From assembly GCA_028534125.1 (NCBI GenBank), contig CM052817.1:100132001-100196000 (forward strand): 64,000 nucleotides of DNA, read 5' to 3'. The notes below the pieces were generated by a model that did not search any database, had not been told where the DNA came from, and was given only the letters and a program-made list of their open reading frames with translations. Positions 1 through 12,725 of the stretch are shown here, piece after piece (the first letter of the stretch is position 1; each line of letters opens with the position of its first letter). The DNA is from Lama glama (Eukaryota). The translations under genes and the position numbers were made by a program.

Positions 1-1730
1 CAGGGCTCAGCTGCCTTTGTTGGAGGCACGGACTTGGTGATTCCAGGAAATTTCTGAGGCTCTGCACATTTCTTCCAGATTCAGAGTTACTCTTTGATAT
101 CACAATTCGCATAGGTATTTCTAGCCTGTCTCAGTTGGCCTAGTGGATAACGTCAGGAATGGAGCTCGGCTTGTAGCAAGCTGGAGAGCTAACTTCTTCT
201 TCAGAAATTAAATTAGGAGTAGCCATAGTCCCTCCTATCTCTGAAAGCTGGGCTGCATAATAAAGTGGAACTGAATGCTGTGCCCGGGAAATTTATGCCG
301 CATTTGCAGCGACATTTCCAATAAAAAAAAATTGAATTGATGAGCAGAGAGTTAATCATGTTGTAACTGTATATAATCTCATGAACCAGTCTCCCCCGGA
401 GTAATAATGAACAATGAGTAGGTCCTGGGCTACCCGGGCATGTTTTCTGGCTTGACTTTCCATCAGCAAGAACCAGGCAGCCAGGCACACGGCTTCCAAG
501 GAGAGCCACTTAAGAAACTGGATTTGCCGGTAAAAATGCCTGCACTTTCAGTCTGTCCAGATTTGGAAGAGATTTAGCTGCTTTTCTAGCTAAAGTTGTG
601 GTGACAATGATTGCAAATGAATTCCTCATCCGGGCACATTCTGAAAGGTCAGTTCTGGGCATCCATAAAAGAAAAAAAAAAACTCATAAGTTAACCGAAG
701 GGACAAAATGGTAGTTATTCTAGTACTGTTATCTTTAAGTAGTAGCTGGTAAGCCCGGGCTATTAGGTATTAATGGTTTTTTCTCTATAGCAGTGAAAAA
801 AAAACTTGCTTTAGTTCCAGAGAAAGCCAGTTTGACTGTTCATCCAAACAAATTAAAAATACATATTTGATCTCCTTTCAGCTTTCTGAAATTCCAATAC
901 TGAGTACTTTGTAACCAGTATGCATGCGAGTCCTCTGGTGATTGTAAGTTCTGCTATTAATATGGATACGCAGCACCTTAAAAATCAGCTCACAGTGCAA
1001 TCTGCTATTGTGTTTTACGTGAATGACTCATGACTGCAAGTTTAAATGGTCACTACAGAGAAAGCTCATCAGAGATTTTTAATGATGTCCCTTTTCCAGG
1101 TCAAGTGTCAAAATAATTCTTCCAGTTAATTTTTCTAGAATCACCCCATTTTCTTCCTCCCTTAAGTGAAGAGTTAACCATTAGTCAAGGACTAATGCAA
1201 CAGTCTGAAGTTTTTACTGACAAAAACCTGCCTCACTCTGGTCTCAACTTTAAATTTAAATCCCAGATTTAAAATATTGACATTCAAGTGGCCAAGGATG
1301 TTGCTCACAAAAGTTAGAAGAAAGTCCAAGTGACTACAGGGTGTTTACTTCATAAGTAAATCACATTTGGTGGTGTCACGGTTTTAATGGGAGACAAGTA
1401 CTGGTGTAACATTATGGTTCTCCAAGCATGGTGAGTGTTCTCTGAGGTTTCTGTCTCTCAGGGGTGGAAAGAAGTCATTTCATATCAAACATGTGTTATA
1501 GTTATGAGAACTGTCCTGGGTTCTGAAAGTTAAGGAGTATCCAAATGTTGGCAGCTTACTAAGGCAATGCAAACTGGTCAGCCCCGGAAGAAGCGATTCA
1601 CAAAAGGAAATGGAATGTACTCATTCATCCTAGATGCTGAAGACCCCAGAACAGCCATTGGGAGCTCTATTAAAGCTTGTTATTTATGTTATCCCTCTGG
1701 GTCTTTAAAAAGCTATGGAACCCCTTAGAT

Positions 1731-1932
1731 CTGTGCTGTCCAATATAGTTGCCCTAGCAACATGTGGCTATTTAAATTTAAGCTAATTAAAAATTCTACA
1801 AAATTAAAAATTCAGCTCCTCGGTTGCCTTAGCCCCATTTCAAGCTCTCTATATCCACCTGTGGCTATCCTTTTGGACAGTGCAGATACTGAACTTTTTC
1901 ATCATTGCAGAAAGTTAGATTGGATGGTGCTG
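1731..1932. mobile_element. MER3-like non-autonomous hAT-Charlie DNA transposon
   Basis: Termini ctgtgctgtccaat...attggatggtgctg, internal AT-rich core (tggctatttaaatttaagctaattaaaa), flanked by 8-bp TSD ccttagat (1723-1730) / ccttaaat (1933-1940), 7/8 identical. Confidence 0.85.
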
Positions 1933-1999
1933 CCTTAAATGCAAAAAGAAAAAAAAGAAATATATATGGAGAAGTTACAATCCAGTAGGCATCCTATTT

Positions 2000-2140
2000 G
2001 ATCTAGATTCTTCTCATTTCATGGTGAAGAAGCTTCACCCCAGAGAGCTTAAATCACTTGCTCAAGTCATGTAACTGATAAGGAGCAGAGTTAGGACTCT
2101 AATCACTTCCTCTTGACTCCAAGCCCAGGGCCATTTCCAA
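2000..2140 (-). mobile_element. MIR SINE fragment
   Basis: Diverged reverse MIR core (cccagagagcttaaatcacttgctcaagtcatgtaactg...tgactccaagcccagg). Confidence 0.7.
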
Positions 2141-4621
2141 TCCATGGCCAAGCAATGGCTCGTCCATTTATCTGTCTAACACGAACTTAATGATAGAGAG
2201 ACGATAGATCCTAGTGATTATTACAGGACGACAGGTAAAAACCAGTGCTTAGCAAACTGGTCCCTCTACTTACTGAGGACCTGTGCTAGCCACTGGGGCT
2301 ATAAGCTTTGGAGGATGAGTACATTTCTTGGCTTTATAGCACTTAGAGCCTAGTGGGGGAATCAAACCTTAAATATATAATCAAAAACTAATTATCAGCC
2401 ACGATTGTGATAAGTATCAAAGAGGAGAGCCCATCTGTTTTGGGAGAGGCTTCCAAATCCCATTAAATAACAACAACAATAATAATTAGCAATAAAGCTG
2501 CAGTTTCCAATGCCTGTGAAGTTCAAATTCGGAAGATAAATCTGTGATACTGTGGGCCTCCTGATGGATGCGTCCACTGTAATCTTTATGCCTAGGAAAC
2601 AGAGAGATCTATTTCATTCAAGGTCATGCTGGGTTAGCACGACCAACTTCAATTTCACCCGATTCTCCTTGGGTGGAAGGAGTTTTGAAACGAGGAGCTG
2701 AGATCGGCTAATTTGTCAACATTACAAAGCAGGAGGCTTATCCTCGTAACTCTTCTCCCTCATCCAGCCTTCCCGGCGGCAGCAGCTGACATATGAACCT
2801 CGCAGATGAAGATGCCATAGGCTGGCTATTTCTCGACCACACTGCTGAGGGTCAGAGAGTGGGAAAATGTTTCTTCTTAGCCATTTCTTTGTCATTTTTA
2901 ACGGGTTTAAACTCAAATACTCATAAAAGGAGACTGAGAGCCAATATGCTGTACTATCAAATTGAAAAGGCTAGGAAAAAAATCCAAAGCCATAAAATGT
3001 GATCATTTTGAGTATTTTATTCCTTTTAACACTGCTCTATTAGTTTCAATAAAAGGACAACAGAACATCCATCACACCATAACCTAACATGCTTATTATG
3101 CCAATACGATTAGTTTTTGCAAAACACTCATGTACTGATTATAGGTTATAGAAAAATTGATTTCACAGAAACAGAGAAATTAGAATTGGAAACATTCTAT
3201 TAGGTCACTAGCTACATCCCCTGAGACTAGTGTAGGATTGATCCCTAGTTCACAGGGTATTATCTGATGCAACCCTCTACCAGGTTTGATAGGCTGGCAA
3301 TAGGTACCACTCAAAATTATACCAATCCATCTGAGAAATAAAATTCTAGAAAATAAGCATTTGCTGAGCACTAATTTTACTTTGGTGGATACATTTTTAA
3401 TATACTAGTGTTTATAGCCTCTCATCTTCTAGGAGACAAGGGTAAGAACACTGCATCCCAGGTTGGCATTACAATCAAATAGTGAATTTGCATATCTTAA
3501 GTTGCAAAAACTTCCCCAGACATAATTTCCCATCAGATTCCTACAAAACGCAGTATGAATTTTTGATTCTTACGAAGGGCTTATTTTTTTTTGTACAAGA
3601 AATTGAGCCCTATACCTCAAACAAGTGCCTGCAATTAAACACTTGGCTGGACTGACATTTTATTCCTTTGGGGCAGTGAGTTCTAAGCCATGACTCTCCG
3701 AGAGACATTTGCAAAGAAGTAGCAAGTGAACTCTGGGCTGGAGGGTTGGGGGAGGGCTGCAGCAAGGGAACAAGCTGGTGTTACAGAACCTCTATCTCTT
3801 CTTTCTTCCTCCTTTCTTCTTAGCAGTGACTCAGAGAGGGAAAAAAGGGAGGAGACAGAGATGGCTTCACCAGCAAAATATACATTAAATGCAAGCAGTC
3901 TATATACTTCTGGGATCTCCTGGGTCAAATGAATGGGATTGCTCCTCTCCACGTTGACAAATACTATTCAGGAATTCTCTTCCCCTTTAAAACCATCCTT
4001 GAAGTTAGTTTTCACCTGAATTCATTTATTAAAGATGGAGAAAAGTGCACCATGTGAGATTTTTTCAGTTCTGCTAAGTGTTCCCTTCACCCCTTGCTCC
4101 TTCATGGAGATAGCGAAGCGGAATGTTGGATGTGGCTAGGTCGGTGGGGCCGGGAGGGGAGTCAAGGCTGTGTGTGTGGAAAAGGCAGAGAGGAAAGCAC
4201 AGAAATGCAGCCTTCAGCTCAATAATGCTTAGTTTCACTTGTTGTTCACATTCTCATGCCCCTGTTCGGAAGCCCAGATGAAATTCTTGTTTGTTTAGGA
4301 TGCAGCTGATGAGTATTATGTCTGGAGAGTGTCCCAGAGAAGGTCTTATGCATCTTTTATACACCTGCATGCTAAATGAGCAAGAACGCCCAGGTGCTGA
4401 GTAAGACTTATGAATTTGTGGTAAATTATGCAAACAAGTAATTTTGCTTGTCCAGAGAGTAGTGCTAGCAATGGGATAGTTTTCCTAAACTCTCCGTAAT
4501 TTAGGAGAATGCCAATAGAAAGGCGGTCAAAGAGCGATGAGACCTTATGGCTCAGCACAGTGTATCTGCTTTGACAGGGGCCAGTCACAGAGAAGGAGGC
4601 TTGCCCACCGGGGACTCTTAC

Positions 4622-4763
4622 CTGAGGCAGAAGCCAGTAAAACTGTGTCAGGAGGTTCAAAAAGGCAGGGACCTTAGCCATGTTAACCTCCGGATGGCAG
4701 TGGTAAAGACAGCTTTATCCAGAGGATCCGAGGCTGTGCCAACATGAAAATGATGAAACAAGG
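4622..4763 (-). other. Candidate 142-nt spliced exon (non-coding, or 5'UTR plus start codon)
   Basis: Minus strand: acceptor TCCCTGTCTCTCTTCAG| and donor CAG|GTAAGAG; AACATGG Kozak context opens MAKVPAFLNLLTQFYWLLPQ to the donor in phase 0; no homology recognised. Confidence 0.3.
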
Positions 4764-4829
4764 CTGAAGAGAGACAGGGAGCTGCACTCTTGGGGTCAAA
4801 CAGACTTTCCGTAGCGATCGAGGGTCTAT

Positions 4830-4993
4830 CCTTAATGCTCAAAGTGTGCTCTGGGAACCAGCAGAATCAGCATGACCTAGGAATTTGTTGTACCTGCAGA
4901 GTGCTGGGCCCCACCCCAGACCTACTGAGTCAGAAGCTGTACTTTAACAAAACGCCAGGTGATGTGAAAGCATGCTACATTTGAGAGGCACTA
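4830..4993. mobile_element. MER5A-like hAT-Charlie element
   Basis: ctcaaagtgtg...cagcagaatcagcatgacctaggaatttgtt...gggccccaccccagacctactgagtcagaa...tttgagaggcact matches the MER5A pattern. Confidence 0.85.
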
Positions 4994-6315
4994 GTATGTG
5001 CGGCTGGCTTCCTAGTGGTTTTCCACCCTAGCAGCATGGACCAGCCAAGAAGGGACACGGATTGTCCAGCCCGGTGCTCAGTTGGTCTCATTTTCATCTC
5101 AGCAAAAGCCACTCATTCTCTTCATGAGTACACACATTCCTTTTTTTGTTTGTTTTCTCTGCACCCACTGTGTCCTCCGGCAACTGTTCCTTCCTAATGG
5201 CGTGGGATTCTGGGAATTGGCAAGGCTGTCCCTGGGAAGGCTGGGCACCTGACCGAGGCTGGCCAGGAACAACTTCCTTCTGGGGGTTGATATTGAGAGA
5301 GAGGACTCTTCTGAGATGATAAGGTGTGAAGACAGTATTGGCTTGGGGACTGGCAGGGCTCTCTTGCTACCACATGTAGAGGGAATCTGTCTGAGAATGA
5401 AACCAGTGGAGCAGGCAGATCAGACAGTTGGAGGGAGAGAAATTATTTGAGCCAATACATCCTCAATTTAGCTTCAAGCAGTTTTAGGTTGGTTTTCTGT
5501 CTTTTGTAACTAAGAGAAGGATTCTGGTCAATGTATTCCTGAAACTGGATTATTAATTTTTCCAAAATGGGAACTTTTACATCTGACTGAGGGAATAAAT
5601 TCATTGTAAAGTTCACAACCTATAATTTGACCACTTTGTGAGTAAGGTTGCATGAGTGTATGTGTTAAGTATAATCTGAGAAAAATTAAATGTAGAAGGT
5701 TTAAAACTTTTAGGCAACCATGTGCCCTAAATACTGGTCATCTGTGTAATTGCAGCAGGCTGTATTTATTTTCTAGATTTAGAGGCAATACTGATTAAAA
5801 TTAATATTCAAATTTATGCCAACTAACATGCAAATCAGCACAGCTTTGGTGCTTTAAAAAACAAGACGGTAGGATTGCAGCCCTGGTGTTTCAATGGTGC
5901 TGAGGCTTTGATGAAAGAAGACAAAGAAGCCTAGAATGCAGATGAAACATGTTCCCTTGGAATACCCAATGCGAATGGGAATTTATGGCTCTGTAAACTG
6001 TTTTATAAAGGAAAACAATCTCTCAATTTAATATAGCAGTTTAACCATTCATTAATTTACTAGATGCAAACACTGAAAATTTTCAGAAATTTGATGCCAC
6101 CCATAAATACAATCTACAACTGTGAAAGACAAGAAAATATGTACTTTTACTCCTGCCAAATGTCAATATTCAAATCTATAATTATTTGTTCCAATTGAAA
6201 CACTGAAGTCTGCCTCTCTTCTATGACCAATTAATACCCACTATTGGATATGTATTTCACTATTATGTATCTAGTTCAATGTTAGGTAAGGTGTGTGTAT
6301 ATGTATTTTAAAATT

Positions 6316-6780
6316 ATCAGGATTAGGTTACTTACAAATAGCAGAAACTTGAAAAGTGACAGCTTAAATAAAGTGGAAATTTTTTTCTTTCTTAGGCAGA
6401 AGAAGTCTGAAGGTGGACAGTCCAGAGCTGGTATGGTACTGATATAATTATTGAGAACTAAAGATTTCTTCCAGCTTTCCAAAGCATATTGCCTAGGATG
6501 TGACCCAATCCTCTAGGTTCAAGAAGGCTGCTGAGTCTCTAGCCATCACATCCAGTTTCCCAGCAGCAGGATGGAAGAAAAGAGAAAGAAGGATTTGCCC
6601 CCTCTCTTTTAAGAAAACTTACTGCAAGATCCACAAAGTATATCTGCATATGTATTATTGATCAGAACTTAGTCTTGTGCCACACCTAACTATGAGGGAG
6701 GCTGAGAAAATGTGGTCTTTTATCTGGGAAACCATGTGTCCAGGTAAAAATAATTATTCTGTTAATTTGAGAGAGAAGCC
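6316..6780 (-). mobile_element. Old MaLR LTR (MLT1J/K-like)
   Basis: atcaggattaggtt...ggtggacagtccagagctggtatgg...ccatcacatccagtttcccagcagcaggatggaag...gagggaggctgagaaaatgtggtcttt. Confidence 0.7.
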
Positions 6781-8079
6781 AAAAAAAAAAAAAGGTACTT
6801 CAAAGTCAACTGTCAAACTCTGCTCCAAATATTAAAAATAATTTTATTTATTGATTTATTGTGCTTCCCCTGTAAGAAGCTAGCTCCATAAAGGCAAGAG
6901 CTTCGTTTTGTTTGTGTTTGTATCCTTAATGTTTTTCTGATTTGTCTTTCCTGATTTTTTTCTATCAATTTAAGAACCTTGTTCAATAAGTGTTGAGAAG
7001 AATAAAGAAGCTCCATCCAGATTTGGTGAGAGAGAGTGCTATGATCAACTAATAATGTCTGCATTGCTTCAATCAACTGATAATGTCTGCAGTGGCCACT
7101 CCATATGTGCCAGGCTTAAAGTATTCCCACCAACCCCTAGTTTTCAACTAAATTGTTTTGAAATGTACGGCTGCTGTGCTCTAATTTAAATCTATGTGCC
7201 AAAAGGCCTTATTCAATATTTGTTATTTAAAATGATTTATTCTGAGTAGAGAGTATTCTCTGCAACTTTTCCCCCCTTATATAGAAGTCTCTTGTGCAGT
7301 TGTAAATTTTCCAGGTTTCCAGAGAGTTGCTAAAAGAATTACACGCAAATTCCAAGTTACACTTAGTTGGCAAATTCTAACTAGAAAGTTGCTGGGAAAG
7401 GGGAGTTTTGCTGTTCTTTAAAGAATCAAATGAGAAAAACAGGTCAGGAGTTTTATGCTGTCAGAGTAGAGGTGCAATTCCATGGCATGGTCATCTTCTG
7501 ATTCACCAAGAAGGCAAAAGGGGCCTGGAGGAGTGATAAGGACTTTCCAAGTTCAACACAAATGCTAGAAAGAAAAGCTCAGGCTTTCTCCTTATTTAGC
7601 TCCAACACTCTAAGCATGGGGACAAGAAGACCAGAGTTAAATTAAACTGCAATTAAAAATAGCTAAGACTATTGAGTAATGTACCAAATTGCATCTGAAA
7701 AATTTTGTCTTTAAAAAGCTGTCAGTATAGCAAACTTCTTTTCCTGCCCCACACAACACATTTTCTCATCAGCAATGGTGACAAGATGGTGACTTAACGT
7801 GGCTGTGATTCTGAGGGAGTGAATTACGTAATACTCCATAAAGGTAAGTCAGAAGTTCAAGGATGGAGTTTGAAAAGCCCCCTGGATGACCGTTCTGCAC
7901 TTCTCCTGGGGCACTTGTCCCTCTTTCTACCACTTTCCCCTTGTGAGTCAAGAATTACTGCCTTATTGGAATGACCTGATTTCTTATTTAATTATTTTGT
8001 TGCTGTTTAGCGATTTCCACGGAGAATGGCCTATTTGTAAATAATATCTGAAAATTCCGTGTCTTAGTTAGGGTTCCTT

Positions 8080-8570
8080 CAAAAGCAGAATGTGAGAGTC
8101 TTCACAGCAGGTATTTTATTAAGGAGATGGTCCCAGGAAGCAGGAGTGAGCAAACAGGGAGACTGAGACAGGGGAGAAGAAAAAGCCTATAGATGAGTGT
8201 TACTGAGGTTACAGTATGGGCAGTAAGGGCTTGATTCTGTCAGAACCTCTAGCCAAGTGTACCTATGTGTCCCAGGATTGTTCCCTGAAGAATGGAAGAT
8301 TGTAGCACTTATCTACTGGTTCCCATTCCTACTGACTGCAGGTTGCTCCAGGGGTATTAACAAACTTTATCCCCTGCCACTCCCAGGATGCACAAGAGCG
8401 ACCCATGGCATCCGAGAACCTGCCCAGCAGAAAAGCCCATGGGACGGACACTGACAGGGAAAGGTGAGTCTGAGATTACTCAGGGATGTCCCTGCAGCCA
8501 CAGCTGAAGTCAGAGGTGGACGGAGGGGGAATGACGTAGGTGGGGATGGTGTCACAGGTGTCTGCTCTGG
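8080..8570 (-). mobile_element. ERVL LTR (LTR33-like)
   Basis: tgtcttagttagggttcc...aagcagaatgtgaga...tttattaaggagatggtcccaggaagcaggagtgag resembles the reverse LTR33 terminus. Confidence 0.7.
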
Positions 8571-9149
8571 CCCCTGGTTGTGATCTGGGACTCAGTCAAT
8601 GCTCAGCAGTTTGAGATATAGACTCGATGGTCGTCATCGGTGCATTTGATTGTGCACTCTAACTGAAGATACACTTTAGAATCGGAGATAACCCAAAGTG
8701 CCAAAGTGCAGACTAACATCACAGCTACCATCTTACTCATCTACAGGTGTCATTTAAGCCCCCAGATTCTCTTCTCCCTCTTCCTGCTGTTTGATTTTCA
8801 AATTCCTGTTGTGTAAGCTACTATCTCTACTCAGGGATGGGGTTGAAAAGGCAAGATGGTGAAAATAGAACCTGTCAAATGTTGTCACTTGTTAGGAACT
8901 CTTCTAAAAGTCCTTCGGAAATAAGAGGCGGAGATTGTGGGCTAACATGAGATTTGGGGATTACGTATGATTTTAATTTCTCCACGCTAGCCAATTTCTG
9001 TAGTTAATTGGGACATGACTCATAACCCTGAATAATCGGAACAGAACACAGAAAAAAATGTATCAACTGCTTATTAGTGTTGAGGCTGCATTTCCTGTGA
9101 GAAGTGGGAATGGTGGCCAAAGGGTCTGCAGGCAGCGGGGCACGGTGAA

Positions 9150-9310
9150 GACTGCAAAGGCTTTGGGAACCTGAGTCTGCCCCGGGCTAGCATGAATCCA
9201 CACTGAGCCTCAGTTTTCTCAACTAGATGAGGAGAGCTCTCGTTGCTTCCTTGCAGGACTGTTGCGAGGAGAGGATTAATCATTATTATGTAAAGTGTTT
9301 GCATATCAAA
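9150..9310 (+). mobile_element. MIR SINE fragment
   Basis: ctgagcctcagttttctcaactag...ttgcaggactgttgcgaggagaggattaa...tatgtaaagtg. Confidence 0.7.
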
Positions 9311-10209
9311 TCTACATGGTTAACAGTTACTAAACAAATGAAAAATCTAGGTTCCATTTTGTATCCCACTTTGACTTAGTTTCTGGGCAAAGCTGACATT
9401 TACTGAAACAAATTGCTTTGACTCATTTAGACTAAGTATTGGAAAGTAAAATTAGAACATGGGTTTATTTTGAGCTGAAAATAGGTGCCAAGAGGCCAGC
9501 ACACTCGCCCTTTTAGCCATCCCAACAAGGAGCAATCTCTCAGTGAGCAGAACAACTGCTCCCCACCGGCAGCAGTAAGAGGTCCCATGGCACTCCCCTC
9601 TCCTATGGCCACTGCCCAGGTTCTGGACACGGGAGATGAGAGGCAGGAGCGGGATGGACCTTTGGCTGGTCCTTTATCATCCCCAGCTGCTTGGATCCAT
9701 CATAGGGGAGAATCTGGTTCAGTCTGCAGCCCAAGGTAGACCTCTCCCAGGAGCAACAGGGCACTGGTGCTCTCATCTGGGGTTAGACAAAGACTTTACA
9801 AGAGAGACACAGGCATGCCTAGATTTAAAGGGAATGTATGTCTGGATCCTCAACGTTCGCATGTACTCTTTCTAAAACTGAACAGAGGAGCTCTGATAAC
9901 AAGACTGTTTCTCCCTTCCACATTCCCTTCCCTAGTCTTCCTTTTTCTTTAGAGATGCATTTATCTCTCATCTAACCCGAGTCACACTATGATGCATTGC
10001 CCAGGATGTAAAAACCCTTACAGTGCCGAACAGAGGGTTAGAAATATGTTTTTTTTGAAATACAATACATTTTTAAAGGACCTTTTCTTTCCCATACTGC
10101 AGATATCACCAAAGAAACATTCTCTGTGGAGGAGATTCCCCATTACTTTTGATAAGGCAAAGTGAAGGCAGAGTCTCATTCCATGGCAAGGTTGGGAGTG
10201 TTATCTGTC

Positions 10210-11271
10210 TACCTGTGGTGGATGGTGGTCATAGCAACATGTCTTATCATGTTTATTTGGATTAATCAATGAAATGAGATCTATTCTGACAGACAGTAAC
10301 CCTGGTTTGGCTGATTGATTTGACAACAAAGACTGTTTATATGGCAGATGTTTTTTATTACTGAATGAATTTAATGTATAGCTCCAAAGTTGTGTTAAAA
10401 TATATTTGAAGCATGTGATAATTTTAACGCATTTAACAAAAATATTATATTGGAAAAGGCCTAATGAAATAAGCAAGAACTGATTTTTCCAATCTTTTAT
10501 GTATCAGTTAAACAAGGTGCCCTTAAGTGAAAGAATAAAATGTGTAAATGATTGTCATTTGATAAGGCTTGGTAGACACATTGTGATATACATCTCAGCA
10601 TTTAAGAGAGAGGATGGTTGACTGGGTAAAAATCCTTTTTGAAACTTGGGTGGGTTTCAACTCTTTGCTTTCAATAAAATTGAAGGAAGATCTAATCGAG
10701 TTGTCAGCTCTCAGACATTAAAAATAATTTGTGGTGATAGATCTCTTTTTTATTTTTGATGTAAGAATCAGAAAGAATTCAAAGAAATTAGGAGTGCCTC
10801 TAAAAACGATTTGCTTTCCATGCGTGCCCATCTATGTGTTTATGTGAGCAAAGTATCTCGGCAATTACATTTTAAAACAAGAGTAAGTGGAAATAGAATT
10901 GTTGCTGAAGTCGTCTTTTTCTAGCAAAAAGTAATGTTTATTCATGGAGCGCCAGCTAATTGAAAAGAGAAGCTTCCTCCCTCCCATTGAAAGATGCAAT
11001 TTTAATAACATTTGAATTTTATATTTAATAATTATTTATTAGGATTTGCGATATATCGCTATTTTATTGCCAAGAAGTTTACATCAGGGTGAAAATCCAT
11101 GGGCGACATAGAATGAAAATAAAAGTTCAAAGGCAAAAAGGAATGATGTAAAATTTTGCAACAGTAAATATGATACATAATTTAAATGTTAACTTTAAAA
11201 TGTGTTGAGGGGGTACATTAGTTAGCAAAAATTTTAATAGAGGACAGGCAAGCAAAAATAGCCCACTACTG
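10210..11271 (+). mobile_element. hAT-Charlie DNA transposon fossil (degenerate C-terminal transposase region plus 3' end)
   Basis: Frameshifted translation gives YMADVF..LNEFN (about 10317-10355) and LCEQSISAI...NRIVAE (about 10840-10909), resembling the Charlie/Buster LAYLADIF..LNELN and YLCE.GFS...K.RNR motifs; many stops. Confidence 0.75.
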
Positions 11272-11611
11272 CACAGAGGAGCTGCCTGCGGTCCTTCGGA
11301 AGATGATGGTCTTTGCTGGCACGGGTAGAGGGGCCAAGTGCCTCTTGGGGATTCTCTCTGGTGACTGGTTTCATGGGATTTTGATCTGTAGTCTAGTCTT
11401 CCTTTAAGTGTGACTTGAAATTATAGATTCATACTGGAAGCAGCCCTGTCCCTTAACCTGAAATAGGTCTCCTCTGCCATTTCAGACCCTCTCTGGCTCA
11501 TATCTGTACCATCCTACATACTATCTTCCTCTCTGAAGTTACCCTTGATGTATATTTCTCTTGTGTGGGTACCCACACTACCACTTTAATCAAGCCTCTG
11601 AAGCAGTTATT

Positions 11612-12336
11612 TTGCTCACTCATTCATTCCATAAATAAGAATGTTCATTCATTCATTCATTCCATAAGTACATATGTTAATTCATTAATTCATTCCATAA
11701 GTACATAGGTGCCAGGCATTGTGTAAGGTGCTGGAGATGCCATTGTGAACAAAACAATCACGGACCCTAGCCTCGTGGAGTTGATACCTCAGTGGAGGTA
11801 GATGAACAATATAAAAGGAAATAACTATGTAAATAGATGATTACAGACCATAATAAGTACTATGAGTGAAAAGAACATGGTGTTAATGACAAGACAAACA
11901 GTGAGTACTTAATTTTAATTGAAAAAACTGGGCAAATCTCTTTGAGGCGGTAACAGTTAAGCTGAAATCAAAAGACTAAGAAGCATCCTGCCAACATAAA
12001 AAGTAGTGTTCCCCATTCTAACTGGAAAAAACACATATATGGAAAGGCCCAGAGGCAAGGAGCCTGGCCTCTTAGGAACATTAGAAGGTTAGTGTGGCTG
12101 GAACACATGTGTGTGGGAGAAAGGGGATACTGATGGGAGAGTTGCTAGTGACGTAATAGGAAGAATAAAAACATGGCCAAAACATGTAAGGGAGCTCAGC
12201 TTTTGTTCTGAGTACCGTGGAAACCCAGTGAAAGTCTTCTAGCAAGTTTGGCTTGTTTTTTAAAGGTAATTTTGGCTGCTGCTTGCAGATTGGATTGGAG
12301 TGGGGCAAGATGGAAACAGGGAAATGATTTAGGAAG
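11612..12336 (-). mobile_element. L2 LINE 3' portion (resumes at about 12730-12870 after an LTR insertion)
   Basis: (ttca)n tail, then gtgccaggcattgtgtaaggtgctggagat...gaacaaaac...cctcgtggagtt; L2-like sequence resumes at aggaggccatcactgcagtccaaagaggagatgatg. Confidence 0.85.
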
Positions 12337-12725
12337 TGTATCAGCCAGAATAGGCTAGGTTATGCAGTAACAAGCAATCCCTAAGTCCCTGTGGCTTGTA
12401 TCAACAAAACTTAATCTTTCACTCATGCTACATAGCCATTGCAGGTCAGCTGGGAGCTCTGTTCCATATCCACTCACTCCAGGATCTGGGCAGCCACCAT
12501 CGTGAACACTGATGGTCACTATAGCAGGAAAGGGGACATAGTGATCCATGTATTGGCTCTAAAAGACTTCTGCCTAGATGTGTCACTCTAGCACTTCTAC
12601 CCGTATTTTATTGTCCAAATCAAGTTGTATGGTCACCCCTGAGTTCAACTGAGGGGAATGTAACCCCTTGAGGGAGGGGCACTGCAGGAAAAGAAAATGA
12701 AAAATTTGGTGACAGTAATACTGTG
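12337..12725 (-). mobile_element. MaLR LTR (MLT1I/J-like) nested in L2
   Basis: tgtatcagccagaataggctaggttatgcagtaacaagcaatccc...tggcttgtatcaacaaaact. Confidence 0.75.

Noticed and set aside
4622..4681. MAKVP start resembling IL1A (MAKVPD...)
   Set aside because: Similarity stops after five residues and I saw no other IL1A-like exons in the window.
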